Shown piece by piece: positions 1 to 10,619 of a stretch of DNA of 64,000 bases; the stretch's first letter is position 1, and each line of letters begins with the position of its first letter. The notes under the pieces are model-generated. The model saw nothing but the letters and a program-made list of their open reading frames with translations, was not told the DNA's origin and did not search any database. Origin of the DNA: Candidatus Krumholzibacteriota bacterium. Its GTDB lineage: Bacteria; Krumholzibacteriota; Krumholzibacteriia; JAJRXK01. Location of the stretch: NCBI GenBank assembly GCA_963764625.1, contig CAVXTH010000003.1:42386-106385 (forward strand), written 5' to 3'. The translations under genes and the position numbers were made by a program.

Positions 1-401
1 GCTCCCTCACCTTTAGTTGCAAGAAACAGCTCATCCAAAGCTGGAGCATAGACCACTCCGGCCACCGCCGCTCCCTTCACCCAACCCCCGATGGAAATCG
101 CGTGGAAGGGATGGCCGTGCACGAAGTTGGTGGTGCCGTCGAGCGGATCCACGTACCAGCAGGCCTTGCCCTCCTCCACCTCGTCGCGCGCCCTTCCCTC
201 CTCGCTGAAGACGGACCATTCGGCAAAGCGCGCGCGCAGGGCTTCCACCAGAATCCTCTCGAGCGCCAGGTCGACTTCGGTGACCAGATCCACCGGACCC
301 TTGGTCGACACTTTCAGGTGCGTGCGCTCCTCCAACAGCTCACGACCCGCCCGCAACACGAGATCCCGCAAGAACGAGCGAAGCTCTGCGCCGCTGCTCA
401 T
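1..401 (-). CDS. suhB: Inositol monophosphatase family protein (5' part; runs off the window edge)
   Basis: Manual translation from ATG 401: MSSGAELRSFLRDLV...KGPVDLVTEVD...SEEG...WYVDPLDGTTNFVHG. This is the IMPase motif. ATGA overlap with the upstream stop. Not in the ORF track. Confidence 0.9.
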   Translation of the reverse strand, partial: MSSGAELRSFLRDLVLRAGRELLEERTHLKVSTKGPVDLVTEVDLALERILVEALRARFAEWSVFSEEGRARDEVEEGKACWYVDPLDGTTNFVHGHPFHAISIGGWVKGAAVAGVVYAPALDELFLATKGEG

Positions 402-982
402 CCCTTATTCCACCCTTCGGCGCACAGTTCGAGCAGCACTCCACTCATCAGCTGCGCTTCGAAGGCCGCGAGTCGGCAATCCTCTTGCTCCCAACTGTAA
501 GGCGGAAGGCCTGCTTTGCGGGCCAAGGCGTTCAAGAATCCGAGTCGATCCAGGCCATGCTCGCGCGCCACCTGGGGCAGCAGCAGGCCACGCCGCCCCC
601 CCAGCTCGATGAGCAGACCGTGTCGTCCCACCACGACCTCTTCGGGTGCGATCGGTCGGCTCGGGCTGAGAACCGAGAGCTCCACCTCGACTTCCTTCAG
701 GGCACTCGCCTCAATCCTCTCGAAGCGCGAGTCCTGCAGCGCCGCGGCGCGCGCCGCGGCCCGCACCGTCTCCCACAGGGCATCCTCGGACTGGACGTAT
801 CCGATGCAGCCGGCCAACACCCCCTTGCGCTTGAGGGTCACGAAGGCGCCTCCCGCCCTCAGCAGAGCCGCATCGGGGCACGGCTCTTCGGCGACCACCT
901 CGTCCAAAAGGCATGCGGCGCACACCCGTGCGGCCCGACGCAAGAGCAGCCGCATCGATTCCAAGTTCAATGGTGAGTCCAT
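398..982 (-). CDS. AMMECR1-domain protein (AmmeMemoRadiSam system protein A-like)
   Basis: GAFVTL...LAGCIG, AAALQDSRF, VELSVLS, GRHGL, GLLLPQVA and KAGL motifs. Confidence 0.9.
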   Translation of the reverse strand: MDSPLNLESMRLLLRRAARVCAACLLDEVVAEEPCPDAALLRAGGAFVTLKRKGVLAGCIGYVQSEDALWETVRAAARAAALQDSRFERIEASALKEVEVELSVLSPSRPIAPEEVVVGRHGLLIELGGRRGLLLPQVAREHGLDRLGFLNALARKAGLPPYSWEQEDCRLAAFEAQLMSGVLLELCAEGWNKG

Positions 983-1024
983 GCGCCAACTCCCCGCTCC
1001 GATTTCAACGCCTCGCGTTTCGAT

Positions 1025-2662
1025 TCAGCGCAATCGACGTAACTCGTAGCGCTCGCCGCGCCACACCAGGGTTCCCAGATTGGCGGGCGCGCGCGCGTCT
1101 CCGCGAAAGAGAACCACTTCCTGCACCCCGGTCCGCAGGAGATCGTCCACGCAGTATTCGTTCAGACCCCGGCAACAGGCTCGCCTGAGCTGCCGCACTT
1201 CCATGGGGACGAAGCCGCTGCTCCCTCCCGCCACAGGGCGGCCGACGAGGACCGACCAGAGCATGCACCGCGCGTCCAGACTTGTCTCGTCCTCTTCGGT
1301 GCACGGAGTGGGGAGAGCGATCCACGCCCCCTGGTCGGGATCACTTCGCAGGGCCGAGAGTAAGGCCTGCTCTTCGGCGTCCGGCTGCGCCCGCACTCTC
1401 TCGAGTCCCGAGGGCATGAGATCCAGGAGCGCGAGCGTCAGGCCCAGCAGCAGAAGCAGATGGAGCGGGGTCGAGCCGTGGGCGCGCCAATTTCCACGGA
1501 GCCTCATCGCGGCGTGACTCCCGGCCAGGGCGAGGAAGAGCGCGCCGGGGAGAAAAAGCCGGGTGGGAGCGCGCAGCGATTGCAGGGCCCAGAACCGGTC
1601 CTGGAGCCAGGCCAGAGGAAGCGGCACCTCTCCGAAGGGAGGCAGGGGCATGCTCCGTCCGAAGCTGAGGATCAGGCCCGCCAGGGCGGCCACCGCCATG
1701 GCCCACCACAGCGAACGAATCGCGGCGCCGTGCTTGCCGCGCAGGGCGAGAACGAATCCGCAAAGGGCCACCCAGGGCCACAAGAGGCCGGCGTAGAGCA
1801 CCGGCCGTTCGGGCACGGGCTTGGGCCAGGGCAAAAGATGGACGGCGGGTGGATGCAGCAGATCGAAGGGACGGCCCGCGAACGGACCCACCGAACCCGG
1901 CCCGCGGACGAAGCCGGCCACCGCATCCGCCGCGTGCTGGTAGGGAGTGCCACTCTCGCGCGCCCACAAGAGGCCCAGCGCCAAAAGCAGCGTGAGCCCC
2001 AGCGCCTGCCGGGTCTTCAGAGCGTGCAAGGAGAAGAACGCAGCCAACAGAAGCGTCACCCACAGCGAGGCCAGATTGTAGAAGCCCCACAGCGGTTGCA
2101 AACCGAGCGCCAGCCCCAAGAACAAGAGCCCATCCCATCGCCCCTTGCCCAACCGCAACAGTCCCCACAGAGCCAGCGGCAAGAACGGGGTGGGAAGTTG
2201 GTTGAGATGGTGATAGTGCCCCGCCGCGTGCGGCCCGGCAGTGAAGACGAACGCGGCTAGAAGGGCCGCGGCTCGATCCAGGCCCAGCTCACGCGCCAGG
2301 CGTACGGTCGCCAAGAAAGCGAGGAGAAGAGTTCCCACGAGGCACAGGTTGTACGCCAGAGCAGGCAGAACGCGCATGCCGGGCAGAAACCGCACGAGCA
2401 ACGACTGCCCGAAGAGCGAATCCATGTAGGCCAGACTGAAGGGAGCCGGCCAGAAGAATGGAGCCTGCCAGGCGCTCGCGTGCAGGGGCGAATGACGCAC
2501 CACCCACTGCAGAATTCCACACTGGAGCAGGGGATCGAGTCCCCCCGCGAGCGAGGGGAGATCCCGCAGCGGATTCGCGCGCGCGAGAAGCAGCGGCAAC
2601 ACCGCCGCGAAGAATCCAGAGGCGAGCTGGAGGATCAGCCATGACCTGTCGCGACTTCGCAT
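1025..2662 (-). CDS. Polytopic membrane protein, GT-C/YfhO-like
   Basis: About 12 hydrophobic segments. N-terminal DP..Q...W...APFFWP..SLAYMD loop, LRAPTR motif and C-terminal GGSSGFVP, as seen in YfhO-like membrane glycosyltransferases. Confidence 0.55.
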   Translation of the reverse strand: MRSRDRSWLILQLASGFFAAVLPLLLARANPLRDLPSLAGGLDPLLQCGILQWVVRHSPLHASAWQAPFFWPAPFSLAYMDSLFGQSLLVRFLPGMRVLPALAYNLCLVGTLLLAFLATVRLARELGLDRAAALLAAFVFTAGPHAAGHYHHLNQLPTPFLPLALWGLLRLGKGRWDGLLFLGLALGLQPLWGFYNLASLWVTLLLAAFFSLHALKTRQALGLTLLLALGLLWARESGTPYQHAADAVAGFVRGPGSVGPFAGRPFDLLHPPAVHLLPWPKPVPERPVLYAGLLWPWVALCGFVLALRGKHGAAIRSLWWAMAVAALAGLILSFGRSMPLPPFGEVPLPLAWLQDRFWALQSLRAPTRLFLPGALFLALAGSHAAMRLRGNWRAHGSTPLHLLLLLGLTLALLDLMPSGLERVRAQPDAEEQALLSALRSDPDQGAWIALPTPCTEEDETSLDARCMLWSVLVGRPVAGGSSGFVPMEVRQLRRACCRGLNEYCVDDLLRTGVQEVVLFRGDARAPANLGTLVWRGERYELRRLR

Positions 2663-2677
2663 GGTGGAAACCGCTCT

Positions 2678-4699
2678 CTAGTTGACGTAGCCGAGCGAAC
2701 GCAAACGTTCCCGCAGCGCGGGATCGTCGATGATCTCGTGGGGGATCTTGCTCGCCTCGTGCCGCCAGCGATCGAGCGCGTCCAGGAGAGTTCGTTCGCG
2801 CGCACTCAGCTCGCTCGCCTCCAGCGGCACGTCCACTTCGGCCATGGGGCCGCAGGCGTCGATGCGAGAGAAGGTGAGCAACTCGTCGTCGCGCAGGATC
2901 CCCTCTCCTCCCTCGAAGAGGAAGCGGGTGCGCTGGGTTCCGTACAGAAGGTCTTCCGCCAAGAGGGCCGGAGGGGAACAGCCAGTTTCAGTTTCGGTTT
3001 CAGGGTCGGCGTTCTCACCCTCCACCTGACCCGCCCGCTGCAACTCTGCGCTTCGGTCCACCCCGAAGACGTAGGGCGCGAGGATCGAGTCCACCGCCGC
3101 CAGTGCCCTTCCCTTGGGCTGCATCGCGGGCAGACCCAGAAGCGAGAGGACGGTGGGCCCAACATCCTCGAGTTTCATTCCTTTTGCGGTGGCCCCCTCG
3201 GGCAGGCCGTTCCCACCGAAGACGAGCGGAACCCGCAACAACTCGCCGTAGAGAGTGTGCCCGTGCTCGAATCCTCCGTGCTCGAAGAACTCCTCCCCGT
3301 GATCGCTGGCCAGGACCCAGAGCAGCGGCCGATCTCCGCTGCCGATTTGCGCGGCGTGCAGGAGCGCGAGCACCTGCCGGTCGAGGAAGAAGATCTCGCG
3401 CTGGTAGAGTTCGCGCAGCGCCGCCTCGCCCAGTGGCCCCAGACTTTGTGCCGCCCCGCGAATAACGCGGAGATTTCGTACCGCTCCGCGAATGAGGTAG
3501 GGCTTGAGCGGATCCAGCCAGGGGCCGGGATGAGGATCCGTCGTCTCCCCGTGTGCCCCCCGAAGGTGATAGGGCATGTGGGGATCGATCACGTGTACCC
3601 AGACCATCCAGGGGCCGGCTTCGCCGCGGTTCAGCCACTTCACCGCCTTGTGGATGATGCGGTCCCCGCGCTCCAGTCTCTCCTGGAGTTTCCGGTGTAG
3701 GGTGCGGACCCAGATCATCTGCTCCACCGGCTCCAGCGACTCCAGACGGCCAGCATGATCGAAGTGATCGAACCCGCGGCCAAAACCAAGCCCCGCTTCG
3801 AGGTGAGGATTGCTGACGTAGGCCCGGGTCTGCCAGCCTTGCTCTTGAAGGACCTGGGGCCACCACGAAACCTCGGGAGAAACCCCGCGCTCGCGGTTGG
3901 CTCCGTGTCCGGTGGGCGCGACACCCGAAAAGAGCGAGGCAAAGCTGGGCCTGGTCCACGGCGCGCAGCTGAATCCCTCGCAGCGTACCCCCTCACCAAT
4001 CCACTCGTCGAATCCCGGGGTGGCGGGTCCACCATAACTTCCCAGAGCGTCGGGACGCAGGGTGTCGATCGTGAAGAGAAGGAGATTGGGAGCGTCCGCC
4101 GGCGCGACGCGGGAGCTTCGCGGCGAGGACGGAACTCCAAGCGAGAGAAGAGCGGCGCCGATCAGAACCACCAGAACCACTCCCAATCCGGCAAGCAGCG
4201 GGAGCCCCAGGTACATTCGCGCGCTGAAGCGCAGCCAACCCCGGCTCAGCACGACGGCCACCACGCCGGCGCAGAGCGCGGCCACACACGCCAGCCCGAG
4301 AGTCTCCCAGGCGAACAGGGTCTCGTGGTAATAGCTCAACAGCGGCCAGTGGGAAAAGCGAGCCAGATGATCCAGATCGACCCAGAGGGTGGGAAAGAGC
4401 GCCGCCACCCAACACAGGAAGAGCCCACTCGATGAGGCGCCCGAGCGAGGGCGAGAGAACCCGGCGCGCACTGCCATCTTTGCCAACAGAGCGAGCAGCG
4501 CGGGCAGCAGAAACAACAGAGCCTGCAGGCCGATGATTCCCAGCCACGATGCGCCGTCGTGACGCGGATGACCGATCGGAGGCGGACCGCTCCGGTGGTA
4601 GAAGCACTCCGCGGCGCCCAGGAGCGCGCCGCAAAGTCCGATCAAAGGAAGCACACGGAGGAGCGAAGGAGCTTCTCCACGATCGGAAGGAACACGCAA
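2678..4699 (-). CDS. Membrane-anchored sulfatase-like (alkaline phosphatase superfamily) enzyme
   Basis: N-terminal TM helices, then PNLLLFTIDTLRPD, WTRPSFASLFSG, HVIDPHMPY, SDHGEEF..HG...HG, and C-terminal LRSLGYV. Confidence 0.85.
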   Translation of the reverse strand: MRVPSDRGEAPSLLRVLPLIGLCGALLGAAECFYHRSGPPPIGHPRHDGASWLGIIGLQALLFLLPALLALLAKMAVRAGFSRPRSGASSSGLFLCWVAALFPTLWVDLDHLARFSHWPLLSYYHETLFAWETLGLACVAALCAGVVAVVLSRGWLRFSARMYLGLPLLAGLGVVLVVLIGAALLSLGVPSSPRSSRVAPADAPNLLLFTIDTLRPDALGSYGGPATPGFDEWIGEGVRCEGFSCAPWTRPSFASLFSGVAPTGHGANRERGVSPEVSWWPQVLQEQGWQTRAYVSNPHLEAGLGFGRGFDHFDHAGRLESLEPVEQMIWVRTLHRKLQERLERGDRIIHKAVKWLNRGEAGPWMVWVHVIDPHMPYHLRGAHGETTDPHPGPWLDPLKPYLIRGAVRNLRVIRGAAQSLGPLGEAALRELYQREIFFLDRQVLALLHAAQIGSGDRPLLWVLASDHGEEFFEHGGFEHGHTLYGELLRVPLVFGGNGLPEGATAKGMKLEDVGPTVLSLLGLPAMQPKGRALAAVDSILAPYVFGVDRSAELQRAGQVEGENADPETETETGCSPPALLAEDLLYGTQRTRFLFEGGEGILRDDELLTFSRIDACGPMAEVDVPLEASELSARERTLLDALDRWRHEASKIPHEIIDDPALRERLRSLGYVN

Positions 4700-4711
4700 G
4701 ATGATGGTCCC

Positions 4712-6178
4712 TTAGAAAGTGCGCGCCAATGCCGCCGCTCCGAGACGCGCCAAGTCGGCGACCGACGAGGGGAACAACCCGATCCACAAGAGCAACACCG
4801 CCGCGACTCCCATCGCCGCCGCGGCCTGCACGTCGTCACCGATGTAGGCTTCCTCGCCCGGCGACCTCATGTAGAGATAGACCACGACGCGCAGATAGTA
4901 GAAAGCCGCCACTGCGCTGTTCAAGAGAGCGACCACGGCCAGACCGATCATGCCCTTGGAAATGACCGCGCCAAAGACGTAGAACTTGCCCCAGAAACCC
5001 GCGGTGGGTGGCACTCCAGCCAGACTCAACATGCAGATCGTCAGGTACAAGCTCACCCAGGGATGCCGCTTGGCCAGGCCGGCGAATCCCTGCAGTTGCA
5101 TGCGCTCTCCGCGACCGCGGCTCACGAACGTGATGGCCCCGAACGCTCCGATGTTCATGAGGGCGTAGACCGCCAGGTAGAATAGAATGCCACTGGTGGC
5201 CGCGTCGTGGGTCTCCGATCCCACCGCCACCACCCCCAGCAGCAGATAACCGGCGTGGGCGATGGCAGAGTAGGCCAGCATCCGTTTCAGGTTGCTCTGA
5301 GCCAGAGCCACGATGTTACCGAAGCTCATGGTCAGGATCGAGAACGCGATGAGCAGAGGACCCAGCTTGTCGCTCAGGACGGGCAGCCCGGTCCAGACCA
5401 CGCGCAAGAGGACCGCGAAGGCGGCGGCTTTCACTCCCGCCGCCATATAGCCGGCGACCGGGGCCGGCGCACCGGCGTAGACGTCCGGGGTCCACTGATG
5501 GAAGGGGACCATCGCGATCTTGAAGCCCAGGCCCACCACCAAGAGGCCCCAACCGGCCCAGAACACCGGATTGCTGCGTAGCAGGGCGTTCCCCCCCATG
5601 CGCGCGCCCAGGACCTCGAGCTGCGTGGTACCGGTCGTGCCGTAGATCAACCCGATGCCGTAGAGCAGGAAGGCCGAGGCGAAGGCCCCCAGGATGAGAT
5701 ACTTGAACCCGGCCTCCTGGCTGTGGATGGAGTCCCGCTGGAGCGCCGCGAGCACGTAGACCCCGATCGACATCAGCTCGAGCGAGAGGAAGATCGCCAC
5801 CAAATCGGTAGAAGACGCCAGGAGCATCATGCCCGCGGTGGCAAAGAGAATCAGGGGATAGAACTCCGGCATCGGCCGCATCTGGCGGCGCAGATAGACC
5901 GCCCCCAGGCTCACCGTCAACAGTCCCGTCATCACGAACACGAGCTCGAAGAACGACGAGTACGCATCAGCGCGGATGACCCCGTGAAACAGGGTGTTGC
6001 CGCCGCGAACGATCGAGGCATTCGCGGCGAGTCCGGCCAGAACCAGAAACAGCGCCGAAAGAATCGACAGATGGTCGGAGTCACGGCGCGGCCAGAATGC
6101 CTCGACCATGAGCACCACGACTCCGCCGAGCACCAGCCACAGGATGGGAGTGATCTGCCCGAGTTCGGACCAACTCAT
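4712..6178 (-). CDS. nuoN: NADH-quinone oxidoreductase subunit N
   Basis: Start MSWSELGQ at 6178. SLELMS, EAGFKY, FKIAMVPFHQWTPDVY and KRMLAYSAIAHAGY motifs; last gene of the nuo operon. Confidence 0.95.
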   Translation of the reverse strand: MSWSELGQITPILWLVLGGVVVLMVEAFWPRRDSDHLSILSALFLVLAGLAANASIVRGGNTLFHGVIRADAYSSFFELVFVMTGLLTVSLGAVYLRRQMRPMPEFYPLILFATAGMMLLASSTDLVAIFLSLELMSIGVYVLAALQRDSIHSQEAGFKYLILGAFASAFLLYGIGLIYGTTGTTQLEVLGARMGGNALLRSNPVFWAGWGLLVVGLGFKIAMVPFHQWTPDVYAGAPAPVAGYMAAGVKAAAFAVLLRVVWTGLPVLSDKLGPLLIAFSILTMSFGNIVALAQSNLKRMLAYSAIAHAGYLLLGVVAVGSETHDAATSGILFYLAVYALMNIGAFGAITFVSRGRGERMQLQGFAGLAKRHPWVSLYLTICMLSLAGVPPTAGFWGKFYVFGAVISKGMIGLAVVALLNSAVAAFYYLRVVVYLYMRSPGEEAYIGDDVQAAAAMGVAAVLLLWIGLFPSSVADLARLGAAALARTF

Positions 6179-7756
6179 CGCCGCACCTCCTGCCCGCTCG
6201 TGACCTCGGGCTCCACCGCCTCGAGCTCGGCCCACTTCGCCGTCGCGTTGTCGTCCTGCCGAGCGAGTTGGGTCCGTTGATATTCGATGACCGCGCGAAG
6301 ATCGGGTTCCATCTTCTTGAGCCAGGGAGAGGGTTGCACGCCCATCCAGAGAATGAAGAAGAACAACGGCACCACCACGAGCACTTCGCGAAGACTGAGA
6401 TCTTTGAGGCCCTTGTTCTCGCTCTTCACGCAGTCGCCCAGGAACACCCTCTGGTACACCCACAACATGTAGAGGGCCCCGAGAATGACCCCTAGGGCCG
6501 CGATCACAGTGAAGCCGGTGGCCCAATTCAAGCTGAGACTCTTGAACGAGCCGACCAGTACCAGAAATTCTCCCACAAAACCCGAGAGCCCGGGAAGGCC
6601 CACGCTGGCCAACGTCGCAATCATGAACGCCGTCGCGTACAGCGGCATCACGCGCGCGATGCCGCCAAACTCCGAGATCTCACGCGTGTGTCTCCGCTCG
6701 TAAATGAAGCCCACCAAGAGGAAGAGGCTTCCCGTGGCCAGACCGTGACTCAGCATCACGAAGACTGCACCCGACATCGATTCCACCGTCAATGCGAAGA
6801 GCCCCAGGACGACGAACCCGAGATGGCTCACCGACGAGTAAGCCACCAGCCGCTTCACGTCCTTCTGCACCATCGCCACCAGGGCCCCGTAGACGATCCC
6901 GATGACCGCAAGGACACAGAGGAAGGGAGCGAAGCGCGCGACGGCGAGGGGAAAGAACGGAATGGCGAAGCGGACCAGACCGTAAGTCCCCATTTTCAGC
7001 AGACACCCCCGCCAGCACCACCGAACCGGCGGTGGGGGCTTCCACGTGTGCGTCGGGAAGCCAGGTGTGCAGGGGAAAGATCGGCACCTTGATGGCGAAC
7101 GCCACCACGAACGCGCCGAAGAGCCAGGCCTGTTGCGATCCGGTGAGGGTCAGGTTTCTGAACGCGAACCAGGAGAACGAACCCGCCCCGGCTTTATACA
7201 TGTACAGAATCGCGGCGAGCATCAGGACGCTGCCCGCGAAGGTATACAGGAAGAACTTCACCGAGGCGTAGACGCGGCGCTTCCCGCCCCAGATCCCGAT
7301 GATCAGGGCCATCGGGATGAGCATGGCTTCCCAGAACACGTAAAAGAGTACCATGTCGGTGGCGCAGAAGGTCCCCAGCATCGCGGTCTGCAGAAGAAGC
7401 AAGAACGCCATGAACTCCCGGACCCTCTCGCGCACCGCGTTCCAGGTGGAGACCACCAGGATCGGACCCAAAAAAGTGGTGAGCAAAAGCAACCACAGGC
7501 TGATGCCGTCCAGCCCCAAGGCGTAGTGAATCCCCAAGCGCGGGACCCAGTTGACGTTCTCCACGAATCGGAAGCCAACTCCAGATTCGAAACCGGCCAG
7601 GAGTTTCAGGCTCAGGATGAAGTCCAGAACCAGCACCACGGCCGCGAGGACTTTGGCGCTGCGGTCACAACCCCGCGGAAGCAAGAGGAGTGGGATGACT
7701 CCGAGCAAGGGCAGGAAGATCACCCAACTGAGGAGATGATTTGCGATCGCTTCCAT
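6175..7756 (-). CDS. nuoM: NADH-quinone oxidoreductase subunit M (one frameshift near 7003, probably a sequencing indel)
   Basis: ORF 6680-7756 gives FYVFWEAMLIP...HTWLPDAHVEAPTAGSVVLAGV. ORF 6175-6993 continues (LLK)MGTYG...KRLVAYSSVSHLG. Removing one base joins them. Confidence 0.93.
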
Positions 7757-7765
7757 CTTCCCTTC

Positions 7766-9778
7766 CTAGAGGTGGCGGATCAGGTAGAAGAGGATCACCA
7801 ACGCGCCGAAGGTGAACGAATACGCGTACCAACGCAGCATTCCGTTTTGCAAGAGCCGCAGGACCGAACCCAGAATCCCCAACAACCTCGCGGGGCCGTT
7901 GACCAGTACCCCGTCGATCAGAGTGGAGTCGGTGAGCCGGTAGAACACGTTTTCGCTGATCCAGTACCCCGGCTTGACGATGAGCGTCTCGTAGATCTCG
8001 TCCACGAAATACTTGCCGCTGAGCAGCCAGTACACTCTTCCGTTGGCCATCGAGCGTCCTCTTTGGGCGAGCTCGAAGCGCTTCGTATAGATCAGGGTTC
8101 CGGCCACGATTCCCACGATTGCCAGAGCCAAGGACAGAAGGGCCAGAGTCCATTCGGTCGCCGCGGCTCCGTGCGCGGCCACCGTGTGCGCGGCCTCGGC
8201 GCCGGTAGTCATGGCCGCGTGCGTCACCGTCTCACCGTGCGCCGCTTCGGCCGTGGAAGCGCTGCCGTTGAAGACCGGCTCGAGCCAGGCCTCGAAGCGG
8301 TTTCCGCCGCCCAGGAAATGGGGCCAGCCGATCCACCCGCCCACCAGACTTCCCACCCCGAGCAGGATCAAGGGGATCGTCATCACCGCGGGACTCTCGT
8401 GCACATGGTGCGCGTGCTCTTCATCCCCCCGGCTCGTCCCGAAGAAGGTGAGGGCCATGAGGCGCATCATGTAGAAAGCGGTCAGACCCGCCACCGCGAA
8501 GCCGATGAGCCAGAGCACTCTCGAATCGAGGAAGGTCCGGTAGAGAATCTCGTCCTTGGAGAAGAAGCCCGCGAAGGGGAAGACTCCCGCGATGGCCAGG
8601 GTTGCCATGGACATGGTGACGAAGGTGATGGGCAGCTTTCCCCTCAGCCCGCCCATGTGTCGCATGTCCTGCTGATGGTGCAGGGCGTTGATCACCGAGC
8701 CGGCGCCGAGGAAGAGCAAGGCCTTGAAGAACGCGTGGGTCATCACGTGGAAGATGCCGGCCGCGAACGCACCCACTCCGCAGGCCAGGAACATGTAGCC
8801 GAGCTGGGACACGGTGGAATAGGCGAGCACCTTCTTGATGTCGTTCTGGGTGAGGGCGATCGTCGCCGCCACCAACGCGGTCAGAGCGCCGATGACCGCC
8901 ACCACTCCCATCGCCACCGGCGAGAGCACGAAGAGGAAGTTCAGCCGCGCGACCATGTAGACACCGGCCGTGACCATGGTCGCGGCGTGGATCAAGGCCG
9001 AGACCGGAGTGGGACCCGCCATCGCGTCGGGCAACCACACGAAGAGGGGGATCTGGGCGCTCTTCCCGGTCGCGCCCATGAAGAGAAGGAGACAGACCGC
9101 GGTCGCCACCGGCGCCAGCAGCTCCTTGTGCTGCGCCAGAACGGTGAACGAGAAGAGGTTCTCCCCGCCGACGTGTCCGCCCAGAGTGCGCGCGATGATG
9201 AGCATCCCCAACAAAAACCCGAAATCGCCCACGCGATTCACGAGGAAGGCTTTCTTTCCCGCCGCGCTGTTCAGCAAGTCCTCGAACCAGAATCCGATGA
9301 GCAGATAGGAGCAGAGCCCGACTCCTTCCCAACCCACGAAGAGAAGCGGCAGGTTGTCGCCCAACACCAGGATCAACATCATGCCCACGAAGAGATTCAG
9401 GTACGCGAAGTAGCGTTGGACTCCGCGGTCTCCCTTCATGTAGCCGATGCTGTAGATGTGGATGAGAAAGGCAACTCCGGTGACGAAGAGGATCATGACG
9501 GCGGTGAGCTGATCCACCATGAACGAGACGTCGATCCGCAGATCCCCGACCGGTATCCAGGGATACACGAAGTCAGTCAGCAGCCGATCGCCCACCGGCA
9601 GGGCGCGCAGGTCGAGAAAAGCCTTCAGCGAGAGCAAGAACGAACCCAGTACCGTGAGCGAGGCGATCGACCCCGCGAAGATCCTGGGCAGTCGCCGGTT
9701 CAGGATTCCGTTGAGCGCCGCCCCCGCCAAGGGCAGGAGCACGATGAAGCGCAAGTACTCGGCCATGGTGGCGTGCAT
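7766..9778 (-). CDS. nuoL: NADH-quinone oxidoreductase subunit L
   Basis: GWEGVGLCSYLLIGFW, GKSAQIPLFVWLPDAMAGPTPVSALIHAATMV and HAFFKALLFL motifs. Confidence 0.97.
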   Translation of the reverse strand: MHATMAEYLRFIVLLPLAGAALNGILNRRLPRIFAGSIASLTVLGSFLLSLKAFLDLRALPVGDRLLTDFVYPWIPVGDLRIDVSFMVDQLTAVMILFVTGVAFLIHIYSIGYMKGDRGVQRYFAYLNLFVGMMLILVLGDNLPLLFVGWEGVGLCSYLLIGFWFEDLLNSAAGKKAFLVNRVGDFGFLLGMLIIARTLGGHVGGENLFSFTVLAQHKELLAPVATAVCLLLFMGATGKSAQIPLFVWLPDAMAGPTPVSALIHAATMVTAGVYMVARLNFLFVLSPVAMGVVAVIGALTALVAATIALTQNDIKKVLAYSTVSQLGYMFLACGVGAFAAGIFHVMTHAFFKALLFLGAGSVINALHHQQDMRHMGGLRGKLPITFVTMSMATLAIAGVFPFAGFFSKDEILYRTFLDSRVLWLIGFAVAGLTAFYMMRLMALTFFGTSRGDEEHAHHVHESPAVMTIPLILLGVGSLVGGWIGWPHFLGGGNRFEAWLEPVFNGSASTAEAAHGETVTHAAMTTGAEAAHTVAAHGAAATEWTLALLSLALAIVGIVAGTLIYTKRFELAQRGRSMANGRVYWLLSGKYFVDEIYETLIVKPGYWISENVFYRLTDSTLIDGVLVNGPARLLGILGSVLRLLQNGMLRWYAYSFTFGALVILFYLIRHL

Positions 9779-9781
9779 GCC

Positions 9782-10087
9782 CTACTCCATCAGTTGGCGG
9801 AAGTGATCGACGTCCACCGTGTCACGTTTGCGGAAGATCTCGACGAGAATGGCCAACCCCACCGCGGCCTCAGCCGCGGCCACCGCCAGAACGAAAAGCA
9901 CGAGCACGTGCCCCGTGTGATCACCCAGATAGCGACTGAACGCCAGAATGCTGACGTTGGCTCCGGTGAGCATCAACTCGATCGACATGAACATCACCAG
10001 AGCGTTCCGCCGGAAGATCACTCCGGCCACTCCGATCGAAAACAGCAGAGCGGAGAGGATGAGATAGTGATTCAGGCCGATGGTCAT
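9782..10087 (-). CDS. nuoK: NADH-quinone oxidoreductase subunit K
   Basis: 101 aa; RRNALVMFMSIELML and AAAEAAVGLA motifs. Confidence 0.96.
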   Translation of the reverse strand: MTIGLNHYLILSALLFSIGVAGVIFRRNALVMFMSIELMLTGANVSILAFSRYLGDHTGHVLVLFVLAVAAAEAAVGLAILVEIFRKRDTVDVDHFRQLME

Positions 10088-10088
10088 T

Positions 10089-10619
10089 TCAGGACTCCCC
10101 CCCGTCGTCCGGGGAGATCCCGGCCGCCACGGCCGGCCTCTTGCGGGCGATGTAGACCGCGCCGATCACCGCCACCAAGAGCAGAAGGCCGGCCACCTCG
10201 AAGAGAAACAAGTAATCGACCAGGAGCTTTTGGCTGACCGCGTTCACGGTGCCGTAAGTGGAGGAAACCACTCCCATTTGCCGCGGGTCGTCGCCCATGA
10301 ATCTGGAGAGCAGAGCCGCGAACGCGAGCACGGTCAAGGACGCCAGCAGCGGCACCAGTCGGCCACGCGAGACCCTGATACGGCTCGAGTCGCCCAAGAA
10401 CATGGTCACGAAGAGGAAGAACACCATGATCGCCCCGGCGTAGACCAGAACCTGAAGCACCGCCAGGAAATGGGCCGAGAGGGTCGCGAAGATCGCGGCC
10501 ACGTTCAGGAAGCAGGCGATGAGCCAGAACACTGAAGTCACCGCGTCGCGGCGCGTCACCATGGCCAGGGCGCAAATGACCGACAGAGTGGCGAAGACGT
10601 AGAACAAGACGGCTTGCAT
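10089..10619 (-). CDS. nuoJ: NADH-quinone oxidoreductase subunit J
   Basis: QVLVYAGAIMVFFLFV and LFEVAGLLLLVAVIGA motifs; operon position. Confidence 0.95.
   Translation of the reverse strand: MQAVLFYVFATLSVICALAMVTRRDAVTSVFWLIACFLNVAAIFATLSAHFLAVLQVLVYAGAIMVFFLFVTMFLGDSSRIRVSRGRLVPLLASLTVLAFAALLSRFMGDDPRQMGVVSSTYGTVNAVSQKLLVDYLFLFEVAGLLLLVAVIGAVYIARKRPAVAAGISPDDGGES

Noticed and set aside
2984-3003. Short GTTTC(A/G) tandem repeat
   Set aside because: It encodes a PETETET linker inside the sulfatase and has no sign of being a separate element.
6990-7012. nuoM split as a pseudogene or programmed frameshift
   Set aside because: One extra base in a core subunit of an otherwise intact operon, with no slippery site. 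It fits the scattered indel pattern of sequencing error.
7046-10237. 1063 aa plus-strand ORF, and similar long antisense ORFs at 12624-15368, 27597-29915 and 30646-33966
   Set aside because: Shadow ORFs opposite well-supported genes in high-GC DNA, with no recognisable motifs.
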